Made by a program: the position numbers and the translations under genes | In this document: positions 39,558 through 52,391 of the stretch, piece after piece | Position numbering within the stretch: position 1 is the first letter of the stretch | Layout: each line of letters begins with the position of its first letter | From: an uncultured delta proteobacterium | GTDB lineage: Bacteria > Desulfobacterota > Binatia > UBA9968 | NCBI GenBank assembly: GCA_963840855.1 | Contig: CAWJBB010000062.1 | Span: forward strand, 1-64,000 | Reading direction: 5' to 3' | Length of the DNA stretch: 64,000 nucleotides | The notes under the pieces: generated by a model | Told to the model about the DNA's origin: nothing | Database searches by the model: none | Seen by the model: the letters and a program-made list of their open reading frames with translations, nothing else

Positions 39558-40808
39558 ATGTATACAGAGCATTTCGGATTTTGCGCGTTGGCTTTCACCG
39601 ATGCGCCGGAGCCGCACTCCTTCTACTGGAATCCGGTTTATCAGACCGCTTTCGTCAACTTGCGCCACGGCGTCCTGGCCAAGAAAGGGGTTATTGTCCT
39701 GACCGGCGCAACTGGAACGGGGAAGACGGTACTGCTGCGAAAATTATTCGACGATCTCGGTCCCTCAGTGAAACCAATTTGGGTTGTAGGCAGCGGAGAT
39801 TCAGTCGCCGGCGTGTTGAGGACGGCCCTGTCCGAATTGAACATAAAGCCCGAGAGTGCCGAACCAACGGCAATGATCGACGCGCTCCATCGCTTTCTGA
39901 TCCAGAGTGCCAATAGCAAAAACATCATTTGCATAATCATTGAAGGGGCGCAAAATTTGGATAGCGAAACCCTCGAGGGTTTGAGACAGGTGTCCAATTT
40001 CGAAGCGGAAGGGCAGAAGCTATTGCAACTCATCCTTGTGGGCCAGCCCGAATTCATAAAAACGCTAGATGATCCGGAACGTCGGTCGTTGAAGCAGCGT
40101 GTAGCCTTGTTCTGCCGGTTGTTCCCGCTGAGCCAAAGCGAGGTGGGCCGCTATATTGAGTTCCAGCTTGATGCGGCGGGTTATCAAGGCCAGAGGCTAT
40201 TCGATCCCAGCGCCGTAGCGCGCATCGCGCATTACTCTGGGGGAATCCCGCGTTTGGTGAATACCATTTGCGACAATGCTCTACGCACCGCGTGTCGCAG
40301 TTTACGAAAAGAAGTTTCCCAAAAACTCATCGACGAGGTCGCTATGGACATGCAGCTCGTAGATCACCAACGAGCGAGCCCAGCGGCGGTATTCGATAGG
40401 GAAAGCTGGATTAACCGCAAAGAGCCGCCTCCGGACTCACAAATCGAGACCGTGTGGTCGAATTTCCAGTTCGATCGCGCGCCGCCACAGTCCACCATGA
40501 TCGCGAGGCCGCCGAGGCGGAGAGTCACTGGCATGATCGGCGCCGCGCTGCTTGCGCTCATTACAATTGGAGCTGCCGGCTGGGCCGTCCATGTCCAGGA
40601 AGCCATGCCGTTTCTGGAGTACTTAAAAGCCCAGGTGGAGGTGGTTCAATCGGGGTATGGGCACTTGGACGGAAGCGCCAAAAGCGAAACAGCAAATCAA
40701 TCATCGCTGCAGCAAACAGCCGTGGCCGATCGCAGCTCGGCGGCATTGGACGGCGCCGAGCCCAACGTAGGAGCGATAGCCGAGAGCGGAAAATTTGCGC
40801 GAACCTGA
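39558..40808 (+). CDS. ExeA/GspA-like AAA ATPase with a TM segment, probably continuous with the BON ORF
   Basis: MYTEHFG...F, GATGTGKT, LQLILVGQPE, SGGIPRLVNTICDNAL; hydrophobic segment after PPRRRV. Confidence 0.88.
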   Translation: MYTEHFGFCALAFTDAPEPHSFYWNPVYQTAFVNLRHGVLAKKGVIVLTGATGTGKTVLLRKLFDDLGPSVKPIWVVGSGDSVAGVLRTALSELNIKPESAEPTAMIDALHRFLIQSANSKNIICIIIEGAQNLDSETLEGLRQVSNFEAEGQKLLQLILVGQPEFIKTLDDPERRSLKQRVALFCRLFPLSQSEVGRYIEFQLDAAGYQGQRLFDPSAVARIAHYSGGIPRLVNTICDNALRTACRSLRKEVSQKLIDEVAMDMQLVDHQRASPAAVFDRESWINRKEPPPDSQIETVWSNFQFDRAPPQSTMIARPPRRRVTGMIGAALLALITIGAAGWAVHVQEAMPFLEYLKAQVEVVQSGYGHLDGSAKSETANQSSLQQTAVADRSSAALDGAEPNVGAIAESGKFART

Positions 40809-41118
40809 AGAATCGGTGCCGGCGCAGCAAAAGTCTCAGGAAGAACGGAAAGATAATCAAATTCACAGCCCGGCAAGGTCAGCGAGAAAAGACCGGCCGG
40901 GCCAAGATCCCGCTGTGAGAAGAAGATTTCTCGAAATCGAAATTCACAGGGCGATTCAAAATCGCGCCATCGAAGGTGTATCGGTGAAGCTTATCAACGG
41001 TACAGCTTATCTCGATGGACAAGTGGCCTCGGAAACGCAAAGGTCCATGGCGGAACGCGCAGCACTCGGCGTGGAGGAAGTGGCGAGCGTGGAAAATCAT
41101 ATCCAGATCCGCCCGTAG
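40795..41118 (+). CDS. BON-domain segment, likely the frameshifted C-terminus of the upstream ATPase
   Basis: V...GTAYLDGQV...AERAA..VEEVASVENHI; TTG start overlapping the upstream ORF. Confidence 0.7.
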   Translation: MREPEESVPAQQKSQEERKDNQIHSPARSARKDRPGQDPAVRRRFLEIEIHRAIQNRAIEGVSVKLINGTAYLDGQVASETQRSMAERAALGVEEVASVENHIQIRP

Positions 41119-41187
41119 CGGCGTGTTTCAGCGCAAGCTACGGGCTTACATCACACCCCAGCGTGTCGTATACGTTTGGCTAATTTT

Positions 41188-42243
41188 TCAGACCACGCCT
41201 AGCAAGAGCAGTCCCGCCGTCAGGACCATAAGAATCAGGCCAAGGGGGACGCCGAGACGGGCCCATTCGGTGCTCGTGATGTGGAGCGCGTGGGCGGCGA
41301 TGATATTGGGAATATTACCGGGGATCAGCATGCCGCCCGCAATGAGCAGACCCAACAGCGCGCTTTTGATCTGCGTTTGATCGAGGGATGGACCGATTTC
41401 CGCCGCCGCAAGCGTGGCATTGTCGAGAACCGCAGAGATTATGTTGACCCAAAAGAGGGCTTGTGAAGGAATTTTTGTCAGATAGGCGTCGATCAGCGGT
41501 TTAAAACCGGCGCCAAGAAAGATAAGCGCCATCACAAAGATATAGACTTTGAGCGAACGTATGAACACGTCACCGAGCTTTTCTTCATGCGCCTCGGCCC
41601 CGAGCGTAGCGGCGGGATCCGCCGCTCGGTCGCGAACCATGTAGGCAGCCAAGAATCCCATCACGACGACTGCTGGTACAATGTAGAGTCCCAAGAGGTC
41701 CGCCAAGAATAGAAACTTGGCGTGATACGGCTCACCGCTAAGCTTGGAGATCGCGATCGTCGACAACGGTTCTCCCAAAGGCGTTAAAGCGGCTCCCAAG
41801 CCGATGGCGAAGCAGGCAATGATGGTTAGGGCGACTTCCGCGCGGCGGTGCAACCGTAGTACAGTTACCAGTTCAACCAAGAGCAGCGCCGCGATGATGG
41901 CGGAGATCACGCTTGAAAACAGTCCCAGCACAACGGTGCCCAGAAAGATGACAATGGGAAGCGGAACTGCATTGAGGAGTAATTTCATCCACGAGTCGAT
42001 GCGACGGCGCAGGTAGTGAAAAAGTATGCCTGCGCAGAGCACCGCTAGGGTGATATCGATGGGTGCGGTCAACGCTTCATAGACGACCTCGGAGCTCCAG
42101 GCGCTGGAGAGAGTGGCACCGAGCGCGCCCATGAGGAAAAGAAACGCTTCGAGGTTCGACTCGATTTTCTTGTTAAGAAAAGGCCCCAGAAGCACAACAA
42201 GAAAAATCAGCGATAGACCCGCGGTAATTGCGCCGTTGCTCAT
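41188..42243 (-). CDS. DUF1646-family membrane protein (ion-transporter superfamily)
   Basis: NLEAFLF, GAALTPLGEPLSTI, SAVLDNATLAAAE, GGMLIPGNIPNII. Confidence 0.85.
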   Translation of the reverse strand: MSNGAITAGLSLIFLVVLLGPFLNKKIESNLEAFLFLMGALGATLSSAWSSEVVYEALTAPIDITLAVLCAGILFHYLRRRIDSWMKLLLNAVPLPIVIFLGTVVLGLFSSVISAIIAALLLVELVTVLRLHRRAEVALTIIACFAIGLGAALTPLGEPLSTIAISKLSGEPYHAKFLFLADLLGLYIVPAVVVMGFLAAYMVRDRAADPAATLGAEAHEEKLGDVFIRSLKVYIFVMALIFLGAGFKPLIDAYLTKIPSQALFWVNIISAVLDNATLAAAEIGPSLDQTQIKSALLGLLIAGGMLIPGNIPNIIAAHALHITSTEWARLGVPLGLILMVLTAGLLLLGVV

Positions 42244-42378
42244 AGTCGAGATTTCATGCCATACGCCGCGCAGAGACGCAATGCGGCGCAGCGATTGCTA
42301 AACAAGGGAGCGCGTCAAGCGCCTTGACAGCGCGAATATTTCAACGATAGATGTGCGTCATTGAGAGCGGAGGACGCC

Positions 42379-43452
42379 ATGGAAATCTCATTAGAAGAAA
42401 TGACCCGTATCGATCACAAAAAACTCACGCGCTTCGTGAACCGGAGCTTCGAGAAGCTCGGTGTGCCGAGGAGTGACGCCGAAATCGCCGCAAAGGTGTT
42501 GGTAGCCGCCGATCTGCGCGGCGTGGACACGCACGGGGTGATCCGCTTCAATCCCCATAGCTGGTACGTGAAATGGTTGACCGAAGGGTCCATGACCCCC
42601 GGCCCCAGCATTCGTATAGTTTCTGAGAGCGCGACCACGGCGCTCCTCGACGGCGATTGCGGCATGGGCATGGTGATCGGCCACCGGGCCATGGAAATGG
42701 CGATTCAGAAGGCCAAGAGCGCGGGTGTTGCGATGGTCGGCGTGCGCAATAGCCGCCATTACGGTATGTCGGCTCACTACTCCATGCTTGCCTTGCCGCA
42801 CGACATGATCGGCATCGCCATGACCAACGCCAGTAGACAAGTCGTGCCCACCTTTGGACGGGAATCAAAGTACGGCACCAACCCGATGTGCTTCGCCGTG
42901 CCGACGAACAAAGAATTGCCCTTCGTTCTCGACATGGCAACGACCACGGCCGCGGCGGGGAAACTGGAGCTTGCGGCCAGGCTTGGAAAGTCCGTTCCCG
43001 GCGGCTGGGCGCTGAATGAGAGCGCTGAACCGACCCACGACCCGCGCACGGCGCAGAAAGCCCGCAAGTTGTTACCACTAGGCGGCAGCCGCGACGGCGG
43101 AAGTCACAAAGGTTACGGGCTTGCGATACTCGTGGAAATTCTTTGCGGTGTGCTGACTGGTACGATCACAGCATTGAATGATAACCAAGACCCGCGTGGC
43201 CATTTCTTCGGCGCGATTCGCATCGACGCTTTCCGCCCGGCGCCGGATTTCAAAAGCGACATGGACCGGCTGATGCGTGAGTTAAAGTCAACGCCGCCGG
43301 CGCAAGGACAGGAGCGTGTCTATGTCGCGGGGGAGATTGAATTCGAAACCGCCCAGGAGCGCGCCGAGCATGGCATTCCACTGCACGGTTCGGTGCTCAA
43401 AGGGTTGCGCGAAGTGGGGGAGCAGGTCGGAGTACCGTATGATCTTGAGTAG
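42379..43452 (+). CDS. Ldh_2 family (type 2 malate/L-lactate-like) dehydrogenase
   Basis: ADLRGVDTHG, NSRHYG, GTNP, LDMAT, SHKGYGL. Confidence 0.92.
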   Translation: MEISLEEMTRIDHKKLTRFVNRSFEKLGVPRSDAEIAAKVLVAADLRGVDTHGVIRFNPHSWYVKWLTEGSMTPGPSIRIVSESATTALLDGDCGMGMVIGHRAMEMAIQKAKSAGVAMVGVRNSRHYGMSAHYSMLALPHDMIGIAMTNASRQVVPTFGRESKYGTNPMCFAVPTNKELPFVLDMATTTAAAGKLELAARLGKSVPGGWALNESAEPTHDPRTAQKARKLLPLGGSRDGGSHKGYGLAILVEILCGVLTGTITALNDNQDPRGHFFGAIRIDAFRPAPDFKSDMDRLMRELKSTPPAQGQERVYVAGEIEFETAQERAEHGIPLHGSVLKGLREVGEQVGVPYDLE

Positions 43453-43544
43453 GAGGTAGAGCGGCAACCAGTTCTTTTACAAAGCGATCGTCGACAAACT
43501 GGTCCCACTTGGCGCCTTTGGCTTCAGGATTCTCCGAAGGAACG

Positions 43545-44141
43545 TCAGTATCTCCCCCGCGTGATCACGACTTCTTCCAACACGATGTCTTTTACCGGCC
43601 GGTCGCGGGAATCCCGTGGCGCGTTGCCGATGGCGTCGACGACATTCTGGCCCTTGACGACTTCGCCGAACACACTGTGGCGCCCGTCGAGCCATGGGGT
43701 TGCTTTGTAAGTGATAAAGAACTGGCTGCCGTTAGTGTTGGGACCGGCATTGGCCATGGAGAGAATACCGATTTTGGAGTGCTTCAAGTCGGCATGGAAC
43801 TCGTCTTCGAATCGATATCCCGGCCCCCCCGTGCCATTGCCGAGGGGATCGCCGCCCTGAATCATGAAGCCGGGAATGACGCGATGAAAGATGGTTCCGT
43901 TGTAAAGGGGCCGTTTCACTTTTTCTTTCGTCTTTGGGTCGGTCCACTCCTTTACGCCGGTCGCCAGTTCGATGAAATTAGCAACGGTTTTTGGCGCTTT
44001 ATCCTCGAACAATTGAATGACGATATCGCCCATGCTGGTTTTAAGCGTCGCGTAAACCGGCCCTTTTTTTTCTTGCGCCAGCGAACCACCCGCGTACCAC
44101 AAAGCGGCGATCAAGCCCGTCACTGCCAGAAGTCGGCTCAT
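43545..44141 (-). CDS. Exported cyclophilin-type peptidyl-prolyl isomerase
   Basis: [29 protein letters not shown]; signal peptide; GGAGG SD before the ATG at 44141. Confidence 0.95.
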   Translation of the reverse strand: MSRLLAVTGLIAALWYAGGSLAQEKKGPVYATLKTSMGDIVIQLFEDKAPKTVANFIELATGVKEWTDPKTKEKVKRPLYNGTIFHRVIPGFMIQGGDPLGNGTGGPGYRFEDEFHADLKHSKIGILSMANAGPNTNGSQFFITYKATPWLDGRHSVFGEVVKGQNVVDAIGNAPRDSRDRPVKDIVLEEVVITRGRY

Positions 44142-44374
44142 CTTTAACCTCCCTAAATAGCGTCTCAGTCTGAGGCTCATCCGTCCTTTGACGATTCGCG
44201 CGAGTGAATTTTTTCGATTTCCCCAAAATAAGCAATTCACATCGGTGGGTCAATAGAATGCCGAGGAGCAGGCCAGATTTTTTCCGGCAGTAAGCAAACT
44301 GATATCCTGGATGAATTATTGCGGTCGTAGCTCAAATCGGCCGGAATGTTCAATCACTGAGACGGCCCCATGTT

Positions 44375-44403
44375 TTGACTTCGGCAGTGCTGGATGCTAT
44401 AGA
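44375..44403 (+). promoter_or_regulatory. Candidate promoter for the bactofilin gene
   Basis: TTGACT-17-TATAGA with TGn. Confidence 0.45.
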
Positions 44404-44439
44404 CCAAAGTTGCCAAAAGTAGAGGGGAATTTCTTTCCG

Positions 44440-45015
44440 ATGGCATGGTTTGATCGGGGTTCAGGCGAAAAGAGGGGCGGGGAAAATGAACCGGAGAATT
44501 CTGCGCCGGGGCTCAAGGTGAACCCCGAGCCCACGAAGGCCGCGGTCCCGGTGACGCCGATAGCGAAACCCACGGCGGCGCCGGTGGCAGCCCCAGCGGA
44601 AACGGGGTTGGTCGGTCATCTTTACAAAGGCAGCCGCGTTTCCGGTCAATTGATGTTCCAGGGGTCGGCCAGGATCGATGGCAACGTAGAAGGAGAGATC
44701 CAGTGTTACGGAACCCTCACAATCGGCGAGGGCGCGGAGATTCGCGCCAAGATTTCCAGCCAGGTCGTGGTCATTCGCGGCAAGGTGGAAGGTAATGTGA
44801 CGGCCAAGGAAAAAGTGGAGCTGTTATCACCGGCTCGAGTCGTTGGCAATATCACCACACCGAGGCTCGCCATCACTGAGGGTGTGGTATATGACGGTGA
44901 CTGCTCCATGGGAATGGCAAAGCAAAAAAGTGGAGTCGCGAGTTCACTAGCTGTAAGCGCCGACAAAGCGACGCCGGCGTCAACGCCGGCGCTGCAATCC
45001 GATTCCCTAAAGTAA
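44440..45015 (+). CDS. Bactofilin (polymer-forming cytoskeletal protein)
   Basis: Beta-helix pattern RIDGNVEGEI...LTIGEGAEI...GKVEGNV...GNI.TPRLAI.EG..YDG; N-terminal MAWF membrane-targeting-like peptide. Confidence 0.9.
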   Translation: MAWFDRGSGEKRGGENEPENSAPGLKVNPEPTKAAVPVTPIAKPTAAPVAAPAETGLVGHLYKGSRVSGQLMFQGSARIDGNVEGEIQCYGTLTIGEGAEIRAKISSQVVVIRGKVEGNVTAKEKVELLSPARVVGNITTPRLAITEGVVYDGDCSMGMAKQKSGVASSLAVSADKATPASTPALQSDSLK

Positions 45016-45042
45016 ATTTCGTTTCGCCGTTCATCCCAACTT

Positions 45043-45084
45043 AAAATCCCGCGTTCACGATTTTGTCGTGAAGGCGGGTTTTTT
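45043..45084 (+). terminator. Intrinsic terminator
   Basis: AAAATCCCGCGTTCACGA-TTTTG-TCGTGAAGGCGGGTTTTTT. Confidence 0.75.
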
Positions 45085-45165
45085 CTTACTTTGGGCGTCT
45101 GGTTAGACAGCGCCTGCGAGCTTTGCAAGGGGCCCATGAAGATTCTTCGTATCGGCAACTAGATA

Positions 45166-45594
45166 ATGATTTCGCTCGATATTTCAATTCTTTATCAGAT
45201 CGCTATCTTTTTGGTGCTATGGCTGGGGCTGAGCAAAGTGCTATTCCGGCCGTACTTGGACTTGCTCGAAGAGCGAGAGCGTAAAACCAGCGGCACCCGG
45301 CATGATACCAGCCAGCTGGAGCACGAAGGCGCGCGGCTCAAGGCGGAGTACGAGGAGAAAATCACCCAGGCCCGGAGAGCCGGCATCGCGGCCAAGGACG
45401 CAATCATCCGAGAAGGGCGGGAGGAGCGCGAGCGGCTGCTCCAGCAGGCCCGTGAAGAAGCGGCGCGTACGCTTGAAAGCATGCGCCGCGACGTGCAGAG
45501 CCAACTGGAACGGGAACGCGAGCTGGCGGTGGCGGAAGTGGCGGGCGTCGCCCAAGACATGGTGAGTAAGGTTCTGGGGAGGAGAGTCGGGTGA
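45166..45594 (+). CDS. atpF: ATP synthase F0 subunit b'
   Basis: N-terminal TM, LFRP..LLEER, coiled coil. Confidence 0.9.
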   Translation: MISLDISILYQIAIFLVLWLGLSKVLFRPYLDLLEERERKTSGTRHDTSQLEHEGARLKAEYEEKITQARRAGIAAKDAIIREGREERERLLQQAREEAARTLESMRRDVQSQLERERELAVAEVAGVAQDMVSKVLGRRVG

Positions 45595-46139
45595 GCCTCT
45601 TTGAATTTCTATTTAGCGCCCAGGCTTGGGCCTCTTCAGCCGCCGCCGAACACCACGGGCCCTCGATTCACGAAATCTGGTTTCCCCTCGGTAACTTTCT
45701 GATTTTTGCGTTCATCATTGTCCGCTTCGCTCTTCCCCCGGTGCGCGCCTTTTTGCAATCCCGGCGCGAAGAAGTTTTGGCAACGGTAGAAGAGTTATCC
45801 GCTAAGAAACAGCGGGCCGAAGCGTTGGCGCAAGATTACCGGGGGCGTTTGGCGGTTTTGGACAAGGAAGTCGCGGCGCTGCAGGAGTCCTTGCGCGACG
45901 ACGGCGAAAGAGAAAAAAACAAGCTCTTGAACGAAGCGCAAACGCTGGCCGTGAAAATCAAAGAAGATGCCCGTTTTCTCGCGGACCAGGAAGTCAAATT
46001 AGCGCGTCAAAAAGTGCGCGAAGAGATGGCCGCCCGGGCCGAAGCCGCGGCGCGCGAATTAGTGCGGCGCAATCTTTCGGCGGCGGATCAGGGGCGATTA
46101 GTGGAAGACTTTATTCAGAGCATCGGGCCGACGCGATGA
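45591..46139 (+). CDS. atpF: ATP synthase F0 subunit b
   Basis: NFLIF TM, coiled coil, DQGRLVEDF. Confidence 0.9.
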   Translation: MSLFEFLFSAQAWASSAAAEHHGPSIHEIWFPLGNFLIFAFIIVRFALPPVRAFLQSRREEVLATVEELSAKKQRAEALAQDYRGRLAVLDKEVAALQESLRDDGEREKNKLLNEAQTLAVKIKEDARFLADQEVKLARQKVREEMAARAEAAARELVRRNLSAADQGRLVEDFIQSIGPTR

Positions 46140-46678
46140 TCGAAGGCAGCTTGGCCCGCCGGTATACGAGAGCGCTTTTCCAACTCGCTCGCGAAGCCGG
46201 CCAGGAAGAACAAGTGGGGCAGGAGGTCGAGCAGTTTTACGCTGCTTATAGCGCATCGGAGCTGCAGGGCGTTCTGACCAATCCCGCCTTCGGCGTCGAC
46301 GCCCGGAAGCGGATTCTCATTCAGGTCGCCAACGCTCAGGGACTTTCGGTGCTATCGATTCATTTTTTCTCTTTGCTTCTGGAGCGCGACAGATTAGCCC
46401 ACTTGCCAGGAATTGCGAGCTGCTACCGACGTCTGTTGAACCAGGCCAAAGGGCGAGTTGAAGCCAAGGTCATCGGCGCAAGCCCGCTCGAGCCAGCGCA
46501 TGTGGAGCGGCTGCGCGGAACGCTCAGGGGAATTTCCGGCAAAGAAGTGGTGCTGCACGAAGATACCGATCCGGCGCTTATCGGCGGGTTGCTGGTGGAG
46601 CTGGAAGGCAAGGTCTACGATGGCAGCGTGCGGACTCAGCTAGAAAAGATGAAACAGCGCATCGCGCGCGGCTACTAA
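46136..46678 (+). CDS. atpH: ATP synthase delta subunit
   Basis: ARRYTRAL, DPALIGG, YDGSVRTQL. Confidence 0.95.
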   Translation: MIEGSLARRYTRALFQLAREAGQEEQVGQEVEQFYAAYSASELQGVLTNPAFGVDARKRILIQVANAQGLSVLSIHFFSLLLERDRLAHLPGIASCYRRLLNQAKGRVEAKVIGASPLEPAHVERLRGTLRGISGKEVVLHEDTDPALIGGLLVELEGKVYDGSVRTQLEKMKQRIARGY

Positions 46679-46685
46679 GGAGTGA

Positions 46686-48197
<1,512 letters not shown>

Positions 48198-48256
48198 GTC
48201 TAGGTTCTCGCGTCTGGAGTCTCGCGTTAACCTGAAACCCGAAACATGAAACTTTA
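48198..48256. repeat. Inverted heptamer arrays (STRR-like)
   Basis: gtctagg ttctcgc gtctgga gtctcgc ... ctgaaac ccgaaac atgaaac. Confidence 0.6.
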
Positions 48257-48262
48257 AGAAGC

Positions 48263-49129
48263 ATGGCGACTCTAAAGGCCATACGTAAGCGGATCGGCTC
48301 GGTCCGCAACACACAGCAGATCACCAAGGCCATGAAAATGGTCTCGGCGGCGAAGCTGCGGCGCGCTCAAGAAGCGGCGGTGCAGGCGCGCCCCTACGCG
48401 GAAAAGATGACCGAGCTTTTGAAGAATGTTTCCAGCCGAGTTTCCAGTGAGGCGCATGCATTATTACGAGTGCGCGAGCAGAAGAAGATCCAGCTGGTGC
48501 TTTTCACGTCCGATCGCGGCCTTTGCGGCGGCTACAACACCAACTTGATCCGCGCGGCCGAAGCGTTCATGCGCCAGCACGCCGGCGACAAGGAAATAGA
48601 GCTGACTTTGGTCGGGCGCAAGGGTGCTGACCATTTTCGCCGGCGCCGGGCGAACATCGCCGAGCGCTACACCGATATTCTCTACAAAGTGCCGGAAGAA
48701 TTGGCCGGCGAAATCGCGCAAAAATTGATCGGCCGGTTTGTCAACAGCGAAACCGACACGGTCTATATTCTCTACAGCCGGTTCCGTTCGGCATTATCGC
48801 AGGTGCCGACCCTGGAAAGACTTTTACCCGTCGCACTGGCGGAAGCCGTGGAATCCGATGCGCAGCAACAGACGGAATATTTATACGAGCCGGGAGTGCA
48901 GCAACTCCTGGCGAGCCTTTTGCCGCGAATTACCGACGTTGCAGTGCAGAGGGCGCTGTTGGAGGCGACCGCCAGCGAGCATGGCGCACGCATGACCGCC
49001 ATGGATTCGGCCACCGGCAACGCCGCTAAGATGATCGGTTCATTGACATTGCAAATGAACCGGGCGCGCCAGGCTTCGATCACGCGCGAGCTGATGGAAA
49101 TCGTCGGTACGGCGGAAGCTTTGAAGTAA
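48263..49129 (+). CDS. atpG: ATP synthase gamma subunit
   Basis: ITKAMKMVSAAK, SDRGLCG, SEHGARM, RQASITREL. Confidence 0.98.
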   Translation: MATLKAIRKRIGSVRNTQQITKAMKMVSAAKLRRAQEAAVQARPYAEKMTELLKNVSSRVSSEAHALLRVREQKKIQLVLFTSDRGLCGGYNTNLIRAAEAFMRQHAGDKEIELTLVGRKGADHFRRRRANIAERYTDILYKVPEELAGEIAQKLIGRFVNSETDTVYILYSRFRSALSQVPTLERLLPVALAEAVESDAQQQTEYLYEPGVQQLLASLLPRITDVAVQRALLEATASEHGARMTAMDSATGNAAKMIGSLTLQMNRARQASITRELMEIVGTAEALK

Positions 49130-49158
49130 GAAAATACCGCGCTCGTGCTTGCAAATGA

Positions 49159-50625
<1,467 letters not shown>

Positions 50626-50697
50626 GTTAGGCGAGAGGCACGAGGCAACAGGTGTGAGGCGGGGACTAACGCCTTTCGCCGCACGGCTCACGCCTGG
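50626..50697. repeat. Inverted heptamer arrays (NNNAGGC / NNNGCCT)
   Basis: gttaggc gagaggc acgaggc aacaggt gtgaggc ... aacgcct ttcgccg cacggct cacgcct. Confidence 0.7.
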
Positions 50698-50705
50698 AAT
50701 TTGAG

Positions 50706-51122
50706 ATGGCAGACAAAATCCGACTTAGAGTCGTAACGCCGAGCCGGATGCTCCTCGATGAGGATGTCGACGAAGTGACCGCCCCGGGTGAGTTGGGCGA
50801 GTTCGGCGTGCTGCCGAATCATATTGCTTTTCTAACCACGCTCGTGCCCGGCGAGCTGAGTTATAAGCAAGGATCGAGCAAAAAGACCTTGGCGGTGAGC
50901 GGCGGCTACGCCGAAGTCCTGGACAATGTCATGACTGTTTTGGCGCCGGCCGCGGAGTTCGCCGATGAGATCGATAGCGCCAGGGCGCAGCGGGCTAAAG
51001 AGCGGGCAGAAAAATTGATGGCTGAGCTGAATCGAGGGGAGAAAGATTGGGAGATGGCCGAGGCAGCGTTGAAAAGAGCCCTTGTCAGGCTCCAGGTTGC
51101 CAGCAGAGAAGCAAGAAGGTAA
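50706..51122 (+). CDS. atpC: ATP synthase epsilon subunit
   Basis: VVTP, GEFGVLPNH, VSGGYAEV. Confidence 0.97.
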   Translation: MADKIRLRVVTPSRMLLDEDVDEVTAPGELGEFGVLPNHIAFLTTLVPGELSYKQGSSKKTLAVSGGYAEVLDNVMTVLAPAAEFADEIDSARAQRAKERAEKLMAELNRGEKDWEMAEAALKRALVRLQVASREARR

Positions 51123-51155
51123 AAGGAAAGAAGCCTGAAGTAAGGAGGACGATTT

Positions 51156-52292
51156 ATGGCCGAAGCAGCCAAACAAGAACCCGTAATCACCATGTGGAGC
51201 AAAGAGTTCACCTACGACCGGTGGATGAAATCCAAGGGCATTCCGATCCACAGGGGCTACTATATCGAAGATCTCCGCACCGTCGACTTGGAATGGTGGG
51301 AAGAGAGAGGCTGTAAAGCGGCGTTCATTCAGCTGCTGGGCCAGGAAGGCGTCAGCGCGTCGCGCGTCACCGAAGTCCCTCCCGGTAAGTCGTTGCCGCC
51401 CGTGAAGTTTGCCTTGGATGAAATCGTTTATGTCTGTGCCGGCCGCGGCCTGACCACGGTCTGGACCGGTGCAGGCAAAGCGAAGAAAAACTTCGAGTGG
51501 CAAGAGCACTCCATGTTCCTGGTGCCGCGCAATCATTGGCATGTATTCAGCAACATGCAGGGCGACAAGCCGGTCCGGCTGTTCCATTACAGCTATATGC
51601 CGATGGCGATGTCGGCGCTGCCTGAACCGGACATGTACTTTAACAATCCGTACGAGCCAAAAGTCAGCGCGGCCGAGAGCGGCGATTTCTATTCGGAAGC
51701 CAAGATGGTTCAAGCGAAAGACGCCGACGAAGGCTTGGGCATGCGCGCCTTTTGGTACGGCAATTTCTTCCCCGACATGCGCGCATGGAATAAGCTTGAC
51801 GCCAACGAACGGCGCGGCGCCGGCGGCAAGAGCGTTTTTATGCAGTTCCCCAATTCTGAATTGACCGCTCATATGTCAGTCTTTGCGCCAAAGACCTACA
51901 AGAAGGCGCACCGCCATGGACCCGGCCGGGCGATTATTATTCCGGCGGGCGAAGGCTACTCGATCATGTGGGAAGAGGGCAAAGAGAAGATCGTCTGTCC
52001 ATGGCATGAGTGCTCGATGGTAACGCCGCCCAACAAGTGGTTCCACCAACACTTTAACGCCGGCGGCGACATGGCGCGTTATCTGGCGCTCCATCCGCCG
52101 ATGCAGTTTCATGGTCACGCTGAGAAAGTTGAGGACCGCGCTAAAGACCAGATCGAGTATCCCAATGAAGATCCGTTTATCCGCCAGAAATTCGAGGCGG
52201 AACTGGGCAAGCGCGGCATAAAGAGCATTATGCCTGAAGAGTGTTACAGCGATCCGGATTACGAATGGTCCAAGTCGATGGGGAAACAGTAA
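51156..52292 (+). CDS. Bicupin protein, uncharacterised
   Basis: Cupin-1 DEIVYV..GRG.T...PRNHWH; cupin-2 KKAHRHGPG...WFHQHFN; strong AAGGAGG SD. Confidence 0.85.
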   Translation: MAEAAKQEPVITMWSKEFTYDRWMKSKGIPIHRGYYIEDLRTVDLEWWEERGCKAAFIQLLGQEGVSASRVTEVPPGKSLPPVKFALDEIVYVCAGRGLTTVWTGAGKAKKNFEWQEHSMFLVPRNHWHVFSNMQGDKPVRLFHYSYMPMAMSALPEPDMYFNNPYEPKVSAAESGDFYSEAKMVQAKDADEGLGMRAFWYGNFFPDMRAWNKLDANERRGAGGKSVFMQFPNSELTAHMSVFAPKTYKKAHRHGPGRAIIIPAGEGYSIMWEEGKEKIVCPWHECSMVTPPNKWFHQHFNAGGDMARYLALHPPMQFHGHAEKVEDRAKDQIEYPNEDPFIRQKFEAELGKRGIKSIMPEECYSDPDYEWSKSMGKQ

Positions 52293-52323
52293 GCCGGTTC
52301 CAGGATTTAAAACGGGTTCCGCG

Positions 52324-52359
52324 AAGAATCCCTGCACGCGAGTGCGGGGATTCTTGTTT
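52324..52359 (+). terminator. Hairpin / terminator-like element between the cupin and eutA-like genes
   Basis: AAGAATCCCTGCAC-GCGA-GTGCGGGGATTCTT followed by GTTT. Confidence 0.65.
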
Positions 52360-52391
52360 ATGAAGGCAAGCAAAAGATAAGGATGTGAGGT

